Of a stretch of 64,000 bases of DNA, positions 1 to 13,159 are shown piece after piece. Origin of the DNA: Octopus sinensis (taxonomy: Eukaryota); the NCBI RefSeq assembly GCF_006345805.1, contig NW_021833026.1:806001-870000 (forward strand). The letters run 5' to 3'. The notes beneath the pieces were generated by a model, which searched no databases, was not told where the DNA came from, and worked only from the letters and a program-made list of their open reading frames with translations. A program made the translations under genes and the position numbers. The number at the start of each line of letters is the position of its first letter. Position 1 is the first letter of the stretch.

Positions 1-1234
<1,234 letters not shown>

Positions 1235-1368
1235 TCGTTATCCATTTAACTTGATTAACGTGAAATAAAGAATCGTTATTCGATTTATTTTGGAAAATCG
1301 TTATTAGTCCGATATTGATCAATAAGCTGTTAATTCATAATTCTTAGCTCCATATTTCCGTTTGTATT

Positions 1369-1935
1369 ATGTCGAGTAAGGGTTGATGTGTAAGCTGATT
1401 AGTCCTCCTCAATACATGTTTTGGTATAGTCGCCATAAGTAATTTCTTCCTCCGAATAGCCGAGTATGCCTATGGTTGTACAAGGTCGAATAACACACAG
1501 GAAATACCATGTTTGCGCAATGTCCCAGACAGCCTAAGGTCACAGTATATCTCCTCGTGTCCTCAGTCGTGGGGTTTCTATTTTGGCTCTACATAATGTA
1601 CGACGGAGGACACGAATTCGCCAAAAAAATAACTTCCCGATCCAAGTCGAACACATTCCGAGGAGTCATTTTGGTCCCACTACTTTTGACCTCGTTCGTA
1701 TGGCTAATCATGGGTGTTTTCTTTATTATATATCTTAGGGAATACGTGGGTCATTTCTATCAAACACGACCACGAACTTGCATCAGAAAGGTTTATAGAC
1801 GGCGTCCCCGCCAATCCAAAGTACTGCGCTCCTGAGTTGTACAATTTTGCTTTTGGGTCACTCGTGGCCGAATGGGTGTATCTTGTCCTGACGTCGTTCG
1901 TTATACTTTCTTTGGGATTTGCTCATATATGCTAA
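1369..1935 (+). CDS. small multi-pass membrane protein, TMEM272-like
   Basis: ATG 1369 followed by tiny GT-AG introns; hydrophobic segments with CPRQPKVTVYLLV, WLIMG|NTWVISI and YCAPELYNFAF, recalling the TMEM272 family. Confidence 0.6.
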
Positions 1936-2408
1936 TTACTAAAATCTAATTAATCACATAATTGGACTCTCTTTCAATAATATTTCCAACTGTATTCATT
2001 TTATATTTTCCTTTCGGCTTTCCTCTCCAGATAAGGAAAATTACTCATCTCCTTTAACTTTTATAACATTCAAAGTTTCTCTCCTTATGCATTCATAACT
2101 TAATTGCTGTAATTTTCAATTTTCAGCCCAATCCGTGATGTGTAGGACTTGATTACATGGCTTATCACGGTCTAGTCTTATGTTATTCGATACAGTCGAA
2201 TGAATTATTTATATTGTTTAGTTTTTTATTTTAATTTAAAACCAGATATGCATAAATTTCATAACTTCATTATTCGTCGCAAAACTTTTACTAAATCTTG
2301 TTTTATGTATTAAATTTAATTACCGTAAATGTGGTTTGTCTGACTCACCGTTATCCGAAAAAAAGGCCACCTTTTTCTGAAAAATGCATATTTACCAATT
2401 TCTTGTTG

Positions 2409-2642
2409 AGCTTTTATAATTGAAGGAAACAACTAACAATTAACACCGAAAATAGTTAAGTTCCAGCGGCGAGGACGCAGTGTGCGTTGCCCCGAACAAT
2501 GGCCAGGCCGATGCGCTGGCGGAACCAATTTGATACAGTCGACTGAATTATTTATATCGCCGCTGGAACTTAACTATTTTCGGTGTTAATTGTTAGTTGT
2601 TTCCTTCAAAAAAGAAAAAAAAAAAAAAGCTTTTATAATTGA
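2409..2642. mobile_element. short fold-back insertion made of a CRE-type retrotransposon 3' end
   Basis: 15-bp direct repeat AGCTTTTATAATTGA at 2409-2423 and 2628-2642; 52-bp perfect inverted repeat 2420-2471/2558-2609; poly(A) 2608-2628; minus strand 2527-2456 encodes WFRQRIGLAIVRGNAHCVLAAGT*, a CRE C-terminus. Confidence 0.85.
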
Positions 2643-2659
2643 TTCTGAATTTAAGAAAT

Positions 2660-3300
2660 TAATAATTGGGTTATATACAAAAACAAGAAAGAAATTAAAG
2701 ATAGCTAAGTTAATTAAAGGCCACACGAGGCACCCGGCCAGCCTTGCGAATGGCGAAGCCGTTCCCTCGGATCACAGCAATCGACAGACGTTCCAGGAGC
2801 CAAGAAAACTATCTTGGATCCTGGCTAGTCCTTGAAATCTGTCGACCGAGCGAGCGAAGGAAGCGGAGTGTCTTGGGGCCGAAGATCCCGGAGGACTCCA
2901 CGGCAATTGGAATAAAGAACAGCGAGTTGGAGAGGTGGCCGTACTTGAGAATCTTTCGCTCCTCGGCCTGCCTCGAAGCGTGCCCAGGATTGGCGGCGGA
3001 CAGAGCGAGATTTCCCAGCGAGAACGTGTCCGAACAGGTAGAATCCCAAATAAGGGATTTCCCCTGCTCGTATGGGAAGGTGGACATGCCGTCTGGGCGT
3101 TTGCCATCCCCTCTATCCAATCCAACAGGTTCAAGGATTGACGGGATGCCCGTTTAAGCGAGGGCTCTCTGCATGATCGAGTTGAGTTCACAGTGACGCG
3201 GGGCACGACCGGCACTCCGCCGGCAAGCGAGGGGATGCAAACCGTACTCGTCAACAGTTCCCCCACAACGGCATTTGTGCGTCTGGCAGATTTAAGAAAT
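2660..3300 (-). mobile_element. 5'-truncated CRE-clade non-LTR retrotransposon fragment (zinc knuckle + REL endonuclease)
   Basis: Minus strand gives HKCRCG...HCELNSIMQRAL and GDGKRPDGMSTFPYEQGKSLIWDSTCSDTF...PIAVESSG...ERLSIAVIRGNG, with frameshifts. Confidence 0.9.
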
Positions 3301-3405
3301 ATGCTGACAGGGAATGTTAATGTCTTATTAAAAACCGATCTAATCAAATTCTAGAATGAAATGAATAATTTATCAAAAACATTTTTGTATCCGTAGAAAC
3401 CAAAA

Positions 3406-6400
3406 ATGGTAAAAATATAGACCGTTTAAAAATAGAGTGAGAATTGTCCATCACAAGACTCAGTGGAGGACGAGCAATTCGAAAAAGAGCAGCTCTGTAT
3501 CAACAACGCCCTTTTTAAAGAACTCGAAAACGACTTTCAAGAAGTAAAAGTCACCTTCCTTCAGCGTAGGTTCTTAAAGAGTTATTCGGCGACTCCTCCC
3601 TCGACAAATTTCGCGTCGAATATGAAAAACTGCACACAACGCTGGTCAACTCGCACGAAAACGAAATTCGCCTTATGCAAAAATGTCGAGAACTGAACGC
3701 AGAATTGATAGGAAACACAACCAAAGTAGCTGATGCCATGCGAATCGCAAAAAACGACCAAGAAACGATTTCTTCTTTAAAAATGGTGGTCCCTTGACAT
3801 GAAAGTCCAGGAAATCGAGAAAGCCTGGAAGATCGTGGACGCTGCTCAACAACGGGAGATTGACAGTCGTGTTTTAATCAAAAATCTCGAGGACGAAATC
3901 AGCGATCTCAGCCACCAAATCGAGGAGTCGGGAATGGCCGTGGGACAACGAGTCAAGTTGGTTTTTAAGAACTAACCAGTGTTACCGACCTGATCAACGT
4001 CAAGACTGACTTGATCAACGAACGAGACGGACTCCTTACACAAATCGGGGACCTTCGAAAAAACGAAGAAAAGATTCGTCATGCGAATGAAACCTTGGAA
4101 AAACGGATTTTGGAGGTTCAGGATGAGTCCAATGAAGTACCCTCAACGGTCAATGTGTAGTTAAGACAAGACTTGCGGAACGCTGAGACGGAATTGCAGA
4201 ACGAGAAACGTCGCAAAGAAAAGACTGAGCGAGTTCTGTTGGAGAAAATCGAAACTTTGAATGACCAAGAAAAAGAAATAAAAGAACTCCAAACTGAAAT
4301 TGAGACTTTCAAAGCCAATTTAAAAGTCAAAGAACAGCTGGTCAATGATCAGAAGGTGACTGAATACACTCACTGTTAGCTGACACACGATCAACTCAAG
4401 AACGAGTCGGAGATCATGCACACGCGCTACAAAAAACTGCATCAGGAATCGGAGACTCAGCTGGTCATGTTGGAGAAGCTCTCCGCAGAAAACTCGTACA
4501 AAAACACGACTTTGAAGGTACACATTAAAATTGAGTGTTAGCAACTGACCGACGAGATGACCGGACTCAAAAGCGAGTTCAACAAAATCCGCAAAAATCG
4601 AGACAATGTCTGCAGAAAACTGCAAAACTTGGAAAAGGAAAAGGAGGAAGTCGAGGCCAGCAAGGCTCCACTCAAGTATCAGATCTCCACAATGGAAAAG
4701 GAGATTATCGAACACAAAAAGAAACTCGACTCTGAAAAAAAATTCATTGATGACGTGACCAAAGAACGGGAAATTTTGAAAAAAGTCGAAATTTGAATTC
4801 TATTAAAGAATTTGATAAAATCGAATACTTCGCTGGAAAAGTATGCCTCGTTGGTGCAAATCCACGACAAGCGGAAACGGTCCCTGGAACAGGAGGTCGA
4901 GGTGTACCGCGAAGAGGCAAACAAGCAAAGGAAAATAATATTTCAATTGGAGAAAGAGCGGGACCGATATATCAACGAGGCCTCTGACCTCACTCAGAAG
5001 GTCGAGTTGTGAATGATGAGGTCAGGTCTTGACTCAAATGGAGGAGATCAAAATGAAGGAGATGCAGATCTTTGATTATAAGAAGATGATTGCCGAGGGG
5101 GAAGTCAAACTAAAACAGCAAAAAAATCTCTACGAAGCAGTCCGCAGTGACCGAAATTTGTACAGCAAAAATTTGATCGAATCACAAGTCTCAGATGTGG
5201 ATAATATAGTAGGACGAAATCTCCGAAATGAAGAGGAAACTAAAAATCATGAACCATCAAATCGACCAACTGAAGGAAATGATCACCTTCAAGGAACAGG
5301 CCCTCATTGCCGAACACAACAATTACGTCAGAATCGAAAAAGAAAAAGAAGCCCAAAAGATTCAGCTGCAAAAACTGAAGGACACACTCAACGAAAACAA
5401 AGTCATCATCGAAGAGCAGGAGATTGAGGAGGCTCGTCTCCAGAAAATAATCAACGAGGCTGACTCAGAGTACCTCAGACAAAAGAAGGAACTTGACCAA
5501 GTTGATAAGTTTTTTACAAAAAGCAAAGGTCATTTCGGAAAGGGACATTTTGGGGTCTCAGCTTGTGAGGAGAAACGACGAATTGGCTTTGCTTTACGAG
5601 AAAATAAAAATTCAATCGTCGACGTTGCAGAAAGGGGAGGTTCAGTACACACAGAGGGTGGAGGACATCCGTGTCCTCAAACTGGAGATCATGCGACTGA
5701 GAAGTGAGCAGATCACTTTCAAAAAGACTTTGTCGAACTATGACGAAATAAGGCACTTTTTTCTATTCACGTGCAGAAACGAGGTGTTTGTCCTCCAGAA
5801 GCAGTTGGTGATGGAAAAAAACAGAGCCAGAGTGTTAGAGGAAGAGTTGGACAAGCCTCTCAACGTCCACCGTTGGAGAAAGCTTGAGGTCTGGCAAATC
5901 GATGACTTTTAGGGAAGTGACCCTGCGGCCTTTGAAATGATCAAAAAAGTTCAGTCCTTGCAAGTGAGACTCATCAAGAAGACCGAGGAAGTGGTCTGCA
6001 AAGAACAGCAAATTCGAGAAAAGGAAAAGCTTTATTTAGAACTTAAAAAAGTTTTGGCTCGTCAGCCTGGTCCGGAAATGGTCGAGCAAGTGCAACTGTA
6101 CCAAAGGTCTTTGAAGGAAAAGAGCAAGCAACTCAAAGTAGGGATCTCCTCTGACTTTAGTCGCTGACCGGGGAACTCAACATGTACGAATCGCAAGTGC
6201 AGGAGTACAAATATGACATTGACAAGTTGGGAATGGAGTTGCAGACTATCAAAAAAAAGTACTACAGTCAGCGCAAAAAAGAACAGGAAGAAAAGTAATT
6301 TATTTATATTTTTGGGTAGAGAAAAAGAGACGCTGATTGCCAGGATTAGCAACAAAAACAACATTATGCCGCAGATCAACGAACGGGCTAAATTCGTGGG

Positions 6401-6449
6401 AGGAGGCTTCAGCATGAACCCTCAACGTTCTACAGCAGCTACTCATTAA
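3406..6449 (+). CDS. CFAP58: cilia- and flagella-associated protein 58 (CCDC147), long coiled coil
   Basis: Spliced reading VLKELFGDSSLDKFRVEYEKLH...KCRELNAE...EIEKAWKIVD, YEAVRSDRNLYSKNLIESQ, ERDILGSQLVRRNDELALLYEKIK, PLNVHRWRKLE, C-terminal KFVGGGF; many ~20-28 nt introns. Confidence 0.9.
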
Positions 6450-7699
6450 TATCACTTAATAATCCTAACAAATCATAAATAATACAAAATAGACTATATT
6501 TGTCTGTTGACTTATCCTAGGAGGTAGACATTATGCATTCTTTAGGTTGGACATGCTCATGAAGAGACACAGGTGGGTCATACAGATTTCCAGAAGGTAG
6601 GTTGACTGATCAATACCTTCATTATTTGTACAATCAAAAGATTGGGTACTTTTAAAACTTATCATTTTAGTACTCAATCCGTGTTTCCAAACATTATTTT
6701 CATTGTAGTTTATATCATTTATACCGTCTTTTTTGCATTAAATATATTTCGCCTTCTTCTGCAATATATGCGCACTCGAAAATGTAAATAACGTCGAGAT
6801 TGTTGATATATTTGTTGGCATTTATTGAAATTCTATTACATTTATGGTCCACTGTTTTATTTGACGACTTACATCGAAGGTACTTTTAAGAACTCTACAA
6901 AATATGTTTCTGTTTTGGGAAGCATGATTAGGGATGTAGAAATATTTCGCGACTAAAATTTATCAAACAACATTTTTCTGCTTTGAACTCAAGACATAAT
7001 TTTTTGATAAAAAGTGTTTATTTGTCTATTAAAGACATTTATGAACGTTTAAAAATTAATTTTATAGTTTAAAATTTATTGTTAGATTCCAGCAGAGAGA
7101 GATCAAGTCAGAAAGCAAACTTGGTGCAACCCCTGGATATCGTCCTGTCCAAATGGATGTTGTAGATCTGCAAATCAGGAATCTCAATTCCCTTTCGACT
7201 CGACGATTTGATTGAAAGTAATCAACCTGAATGACAGTTTAGCCTTCAAATAAGGAATGCGAGGACCCAATGACCCACAAACAAAAACCTGGAGGGGCCT
7301 TGTAGCATCGGGAGTCTGTACTTCTGGTACATGGGTAGTACTCCCAGCCAAAAGTCAAGGTAGGGAAAGAGACTAGAGAGAATTGTTTGGTTATTTCTAC
7401 ATACAGATTACTTCCAAAGTGGAAACCGACGACCCCAAAAGAAAGTTTATTTAATTCAGATTCGATATTTTTAATTCATTTACATTTCCATTCTGTTTTC
7501 TTGCGGGCAATATTCCTGTACACTATCGAATTCACTTGAACCCTATAAACAAACAAAGGCTTTACCTTTTAAGAGGTCAACTTCAAAGAGGACCTGCAGG
7601 ACTACTTTTCCAATTCTTCCGTGATCATGAAAAGAACTCTTGTTATTGCCAGAGGAAAGATGGGATTCTGAGAGGTGTTAATTCAAAAACACATTTGGC

Positions 7700-7855
7700 C
7701 ACAATCGCGAAATACATCACGCGAAAATCCACCATCCTAGAAATTGGGAACTTTGACTTGAACATCCTGAGAGAATTGCAAAAGAAACCCTTTGATTGAG
7801 CAAATAAAAAACCATTGAATGCAATTCGTTTTGATTCTTTAAATGATCCCAGACG
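7700..7855 (+). repeat. dispersed repeat, similar to 12760-12916
   Basis: Shared blocks such as TTGATTGAGCAAATAA...ATGCAATTC...TTTAAATGATCCCA at both sites; probably the end of a degraded retroelement. Confidence 0.55.
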
Positions 7856-9010
7856 CTTTATTTAAAAACTTCTTTTATTTGGACTTTTAATTTTAAATTT
7901 TCGGCGCCTTTGAGCTGACCCTTAGACTCTCGACTAGCCACTCACCCTTGCTAGCATTTAATCTTTTCTATTAAATGAATTCATGAATAATGTATCAATT
8001 ATAGTTTTGACAATGATAGAACATACAAAGGCTTCAGTACTATGCAGAATACTTAGTGATCGGGACTAATTGATTACATTTAAGAATGAAATTGTGTGGA
8101 AATTGACCAAAACCAAAAATCAAATCACAAAAATAAAGCTTTAGAAATATTGTTTCTGATTTACCTTTTTCACATTAAGTTTAATTTTGTCTATATGTCG
8201 TATCTATATAAGTAATTTTTTTGTCTTTATCTTCAGATTGCACCACATTGTTTTTTTAATTTTATTTGTTGAAATTATTCCCATCTTTATCTCTTATCCA
8301 TTCTTTGAAATATTTGAGCTTATGAAATTAGTTAAAAATGCTTTCTTAAATTGTAATTCTTTTAAAGTAATTTTTCAAATTAATTTTAAATTTTAATTGG
8401 TATAATCAGCGACAAAGTTCAAGTAAAGGTCATTCAATTAAAAAAACAAACTAATTATGACGTCTTTTTTCTTTATTATTGCTAATTCTCACTTTCTTAA
8501 TCCTTTTGTTTTTATTGATATTTTCCTTCGAAACTTTGTTCATTTCTTAAACAATGATTTGTCCCTCCATTAAAAGTCAAAATTCAAAGCACAGCTGCCA
8601 AATAGATTGACTGCAATTGCCCCATCCGTGTCCCGACAATGGATACAGAGAAAAAGAAGAAAGCATATTTTGATTTCTCTCCCGGAGAATGAATATTATT
8701 TAGTCACACTAGATCAGTTCGAAAATGTGTCCCCGCGTGTTCCGCCCCAAAAACGACTTCCACCCTAATAGTCATTCCATCTGGGTGTTTCCAGTCGTAA
8801 GTCTCCCAACTTGTACTGTGATTAGGACGTTTATAATGTAAACTGGGAAGGAACATTTATTTATGGACACGTTTTTGCAATTACCGACTTTTCAGACAGT
8901 GAAAAACAACATCCTTAGAACATTAGGAAATAAAATTAAAATATTATTTGTATACTTTTTCTTAAGTTTATGATTAATTGAATAAATTGTAATTTGTGTT
9001 AGTTGTGGTG

Positions 9011-9802
9011 ATGGACTTCCAACATCGTCCTGGAGCGAAGACAGGGTCTGGTGGAATAGCCTCTGCAGCAGATGCCAATCGAGATCGACGAGAAAGACTG
9101 CGTCTGCTTGCCTTGGACACAATCGACCTGGACAAGGACCCCTACTTCATGAAGAATCACAATGGCAAGTTTGAGTGCAAACTGTGCCTCACTCTCCACG
9201 AGAACGAAGGCAGTTATTTGTCCCACACACAAGGAAAGAAGCACCAAGCCAACTTGTAAGACCCCCTTTAATTTCAGAGGAGAACGTGCAGCCAAGGAGT
9301 CCCAACAAGAGGTCCGTGCCCCCGTGGCAGTCCAGCCCCAAGTGGAGATCAGAAAGTTCGTGGCGATCGGCCGTCCTGGCTATAAAGGTACTTCTCTGTG
9401 CTCACCCAGTCACCAAACAACGGGACCCCATGACTGGCCAGCAGAGTCTGCTCTTTCAGATTGATTACCCCGAAATAGCACAGGGCATTTCCCCCCGTCA
9501 CCGATTCATGTCGGCCTATGAACAGAGAATTGAGGTGCCGGACAAGGCATGGCAGTACGTGCTGTTTGCAGCTGAGCCTTACGAGACGATTGGCTTTAAG
9601 GTGGCAGTTGGGTGGGCTAAATTAGATTCCTAGTAGGGAAGTGGATAAAGGACAAAAGACGTTCTGGACTCACTGGAATTCCAATTCCAAGCAACTGTTT
9701 TTCCAGTTTGCCTTCAAGTTGGAGATGTACGGGAGGGAGGAGTTGGCCTATCAAATGGCCTATGCCCCCAATCAGTTAATGCATAGTGCTTACTATTCTT
9801 GA
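9011..9802 (+). CDS. SF3A2: splicing factor 3A subunit 2 (SF3a66/Prp11)
   Basis: MDFQHRPGAKTGSGG...DPYFMKNHNGKFECKLCLTLHENEGSYLSHTQGKKHQANL, IGRPGYK, LLFQIDYPEI, PRHRFMSAYEQ, FAAEPYETIGFK|IPSREVDK; 22-25 nt introns; stop TGA 9800-9802. Confidence 0.95.
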
Positions 9803-10380
9803 TTTGATGTCTTTTTGTTTTTTTCTTTGAGTATATTTTAAAAAGATTACTCAAAACGGCCAGGGAGACTTTTTGGAGATTTCTTTTCAAGCCAAATGAC
9901 AACTTGATTTAGCCTAAAAATTCTTTTTGCTTAAAGAAATGATATTTTTTATTAATCATTGGCGACAACATTAGGACTTTGAACCGTCGAGATGTCCTGC
10001 CTCGAAAAGTGTGGTACGTATTTGTTTGTGGGAGAGAAGCAATGTTAGTACATCGAGGATGAAGAGGCAGGTGTAGATTGGACTTGTAAAAAAATATCTC
10101 CATTCTAAATGTCATTGCAGTAAACACGCTTCTGTCCACACCTTAGGATGAATAGTTCTGCGTAAAACTACAATTTTCCTGTTTTGAAATTAGTCACTAC
10201 GGAATACACCAATTCGTGTGTACCAGTGGTTTATTGTGGATACAAAGCAGTTGGGTAGACCAGCGAAAGCTGCGGGATGTAATCTAAGAATTTGTGTATG
10301 ACAGGTCATAGAATGCGACCAAGTGAATAGAGACCTTGCCTATTTTAGTAGTAATCAGAGGCTAAGCCTACTGTTTAAAG

Positions 10381-11209
10381 CAGGGGTTCTCAACCTTTTT
10401 AGCTCAAGGGCCAAATCGGTTATTAAGATTAGCTTCGCGGGCCGCACAAAAAATATATTATATATTTTTATATTTTCTAAGAGCCTCGGAAATGACGCCG
10501 GCCAATCAGAACATGGAATCCTACTTCTGCTCATTAAATAAAACGGCATATAGGGGCCGACAAAGAACAACATTACCGACTACGCTCGACCATGATCTCA
10601 CGTCGATTGGAAGGAAACTGAAATCGGCCGATGATCTGGACGAACTGAGATACCTCGCACGTAACAGGGAAGCGTGGATACGACTAACAGAGCGTATCCT
10701 GAGTCGGATGGCAAAAGTGGAATCTTAATTAACTTTTTGATTCCGCAAGATTGCTTTAACAATAATAATTTTCCATTTTACTAAATATTGATTCGCATAA
10801 ATATGTAGATTCATATATGCATTGTGTGTTATATTTTGAAATTTGTCTTGAGGAATTAATTCGTAAAAATTAATAATGGACGCATTTTTGAACAATGCCG
10901 CCAGTTCTATATCATGTTGTAAATTAATGAGTTCTAGTTGAAACTTTGCAGGCGGATCCTTAATTTCCACGCTGAATGGAGTTGCGAATATTTTCATTAA
11001 AGGAATGAATTTTTTAAAATTCTAAAAATTAAATTTATATAAATGTACCTTAAAACGTGCTTCAAATTGATTAATGAAATCACCAATTATGGACATGTTT
11101 AACCTTAAGAATGAATAATTAAATTTAAACATTATTAAAAAATTAAAAAAGTTAGTTACTCTAGAGGGGCCGCAAAAAAAATCTTGGGGGCCGCATTTGA
11201 GAACCGCTG
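10381..11209 (-). mobile_element. non-autonomous hAT (Buster/Charlie type) DNA transposon
   Basis: Ends CAGGGGTTCTCAA / TTGAGAACCGCTG; 8-bp TSD GTTTAAAG (10373-10380, 11210-11217) with central TA; internal transposase relic FATPFSVE...QLELINLQ at 10725-10997 (-). Confidence 0.9.
10483..10728 (+). mobile_element. RTE-clade LINE 3' fragment nested inside the hAT element
   Basis: YRGRQRTTLPTTLDHDL...LARNREAW, homologous to the fragment at 25027-25407. Confidence 0.7.
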
Positions 11210-11241
11210 GTTTAAAGCCTACTGGGAGTTGGAAAATAATA

Positions 11242-12200
11242 TGTCGCGCCCCACGCTGGCGACCAAGGTGACCTACATAGTTGACAGCGTGACCTACATG
11301 GTTTGACATTCAATTAAAAACGAAAATAATTTATTATAAAAAGGTTTTAGCGTCATTTTAATTAAAAAAATGGAATCTTCCAAAAGATGTTGTATTAGTA
11401 TAGTCTCAATCCTTAGGTTACGTGAAAAATGACAGTGAATACCAAAATATTGTAAATGCACTACTCCAAATACCCAATTTATGATAATTGATGATCGGTA
11501 TATTGATATTCCTAATTCATAGTCTCTAATTAAAAGACGATAATAATCAAAAACACGAATTGGTTATCTGTTTGGAGAATGAAATGGAGATGAAGACACT
11601 GGCATTCGCTATTCACCAAGAATGCCACTGGGGAATACTAAAGCTTCATAAGAATTGCTGTGAATTTTATTTTATTGTGAAACGCCTTATTATCGGACAA
11701 ATTATAAAAGACTGCGAAATTTGTAAATTTGCTGCGCCTTTGAAAGTATTTTTCATTAAATTTAACACTGTGATTCATGAAATACTTGGTTATAATCTTA
11801 TTTATAATTTAAATGAAAATATTGAGGCATCGTTTGTCCAAGATGAACTTAATGGTAAATTTACGATGTATTTATTTTTAGAAACAAATAATAAAATTTT
11901 TAATTTCACTCCTCCAGACATGAATTCATCTTATTTTAAAAGAATGAATAAAAAGATGGGAGTACACAGGTCAAAATATGATTTTGAAATTCACTTAATT
12001 AACACTCGAACTAAAAAAAAGTAACTAATTAATTCAATTTTGAAATAGGGAATGAGGTATAATTGAATAATAACAGTTTAGGTTCGAATCTTAAAAGATT
12101 GTGGGACAAATCCGTCATTGAATCTCCATATGAAGAAAAGGGAAAAGTAAAAAATATAATGTCTAATAACAGATTAATTGTTGGTTGTCTTTCCTAACAT
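11242..12200 (+). mobile_element. internally deleted Ginger2-like element (DDE core missing)
   Basis: Starts TGTCGCG like the element at 26412; HHCC motif IHQECH...CEICK joins almost directly to FNTV; KRMNKKMGVHRSKY and VRILKDCGTNP match the intact copy; no right TIR seen. Confidence 0.75.
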
Positions 12201-12382
12201 TCAGATCGAATTACCTATTCTAGTAGTAATCAGAGGATAAGCTTACTGGGAGTTGGAAAATAATAAATTGCAAACGATGGTTAGTGTAACACGGGAAAAA
12301 TGTAGATTGAAGCTTTACTGCAATACTTAATAACAGCAGCTTTAAATGCATATTCTTTGATAAAAGATAACTGAAATTATAA

Positions 12383-12560
12383 TTTTTTTAAGCTTTAAGT
12401 GAATTCGTATGCAAGTTATGTGCAAGCGGCGGACGCAGTATGCGTTGCCGCAAACGATGGCCAGACCGATGCGCTGGCTACGGCTTGTCGACCCGGTTCG
12501 TCGGATCCCTAGGCCTGCTCCCCGATGGACTGCCTAATTTTATTTAAAATTAAGAAACTG
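12383..12560 (-). mobile_element. CRE-type retrotransposon 3' end with short poly(A)
   Basis: Minus strand encodes QRIGLAIVCGNAYCV; A7 tail (T7 at 12383-12389); same subfamily as the 2424-2527 fragment. Confidence 0.7.
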
Positions 12561-12572
12561 ACGACAATAAAA

Positions 12573-12653
12573 TACCCCGGACGGGATTCGAACCCGCAAC
12601 CTTCGCATTTCTGCTATATAAGTACGACGCGCTAACCATTGCGCCACCAGGGT
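12573..12653 (-). tRNA. tRNA-Ile(UAU) with 8-nt intron
   Basis: ACCCTGG/CCGGGGT acceptor stem, D arm TGGCGCAATGGTTAGCGCG, anticodon arm TCGTA-CTTATA[tagcagaa]A-TGCGA, T arm GCGGGTTCGAATCCCGT; TTTT terminator directly downstream. Confidence 0.92.
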
Positions 12654-13159
12654 CTTTTCTTAAAAATACCTCTCCTCACGAATTATTTCCATTCTCTGCT
12701 GGTTCTCTATCAACTTCGCCACACCGGGAATTCTACTTGACCACTTTTTCCAAATATATATTTAAGGGAACGTTTTTGAAAGTCAATTCATCAGGCGAAC
12801 TCTATTTTTTTATTAATATTCTTTTTGAGCATGCTGAGAGAAGTCCAGAAAAACCGCTTGATTGAGCAAATAAGGAATAAACCATGCAATTCTCTTCGAT
12901 TTTTTAAATGATCCCAAAGTAGATATTAATGAGTCACCTCTTTGTTATCTCGTGGAAATAACTCCCCGAGAATGAAAGGCTTCTGTGTTTAATACATGAC
13001 CGTAACCTATTTTTTGACAATGCTAGCATTGTGTAGTCACTGTAACTCAACCCTGAAGACAGTTGATCATTTAACGAGGTGTAGTTGAATGCTAAATAGT
13101 GACTACTTGGGAAGACACAACGAAGTAGTGAAGTGTATACATCTGCATTTATGAACAAA

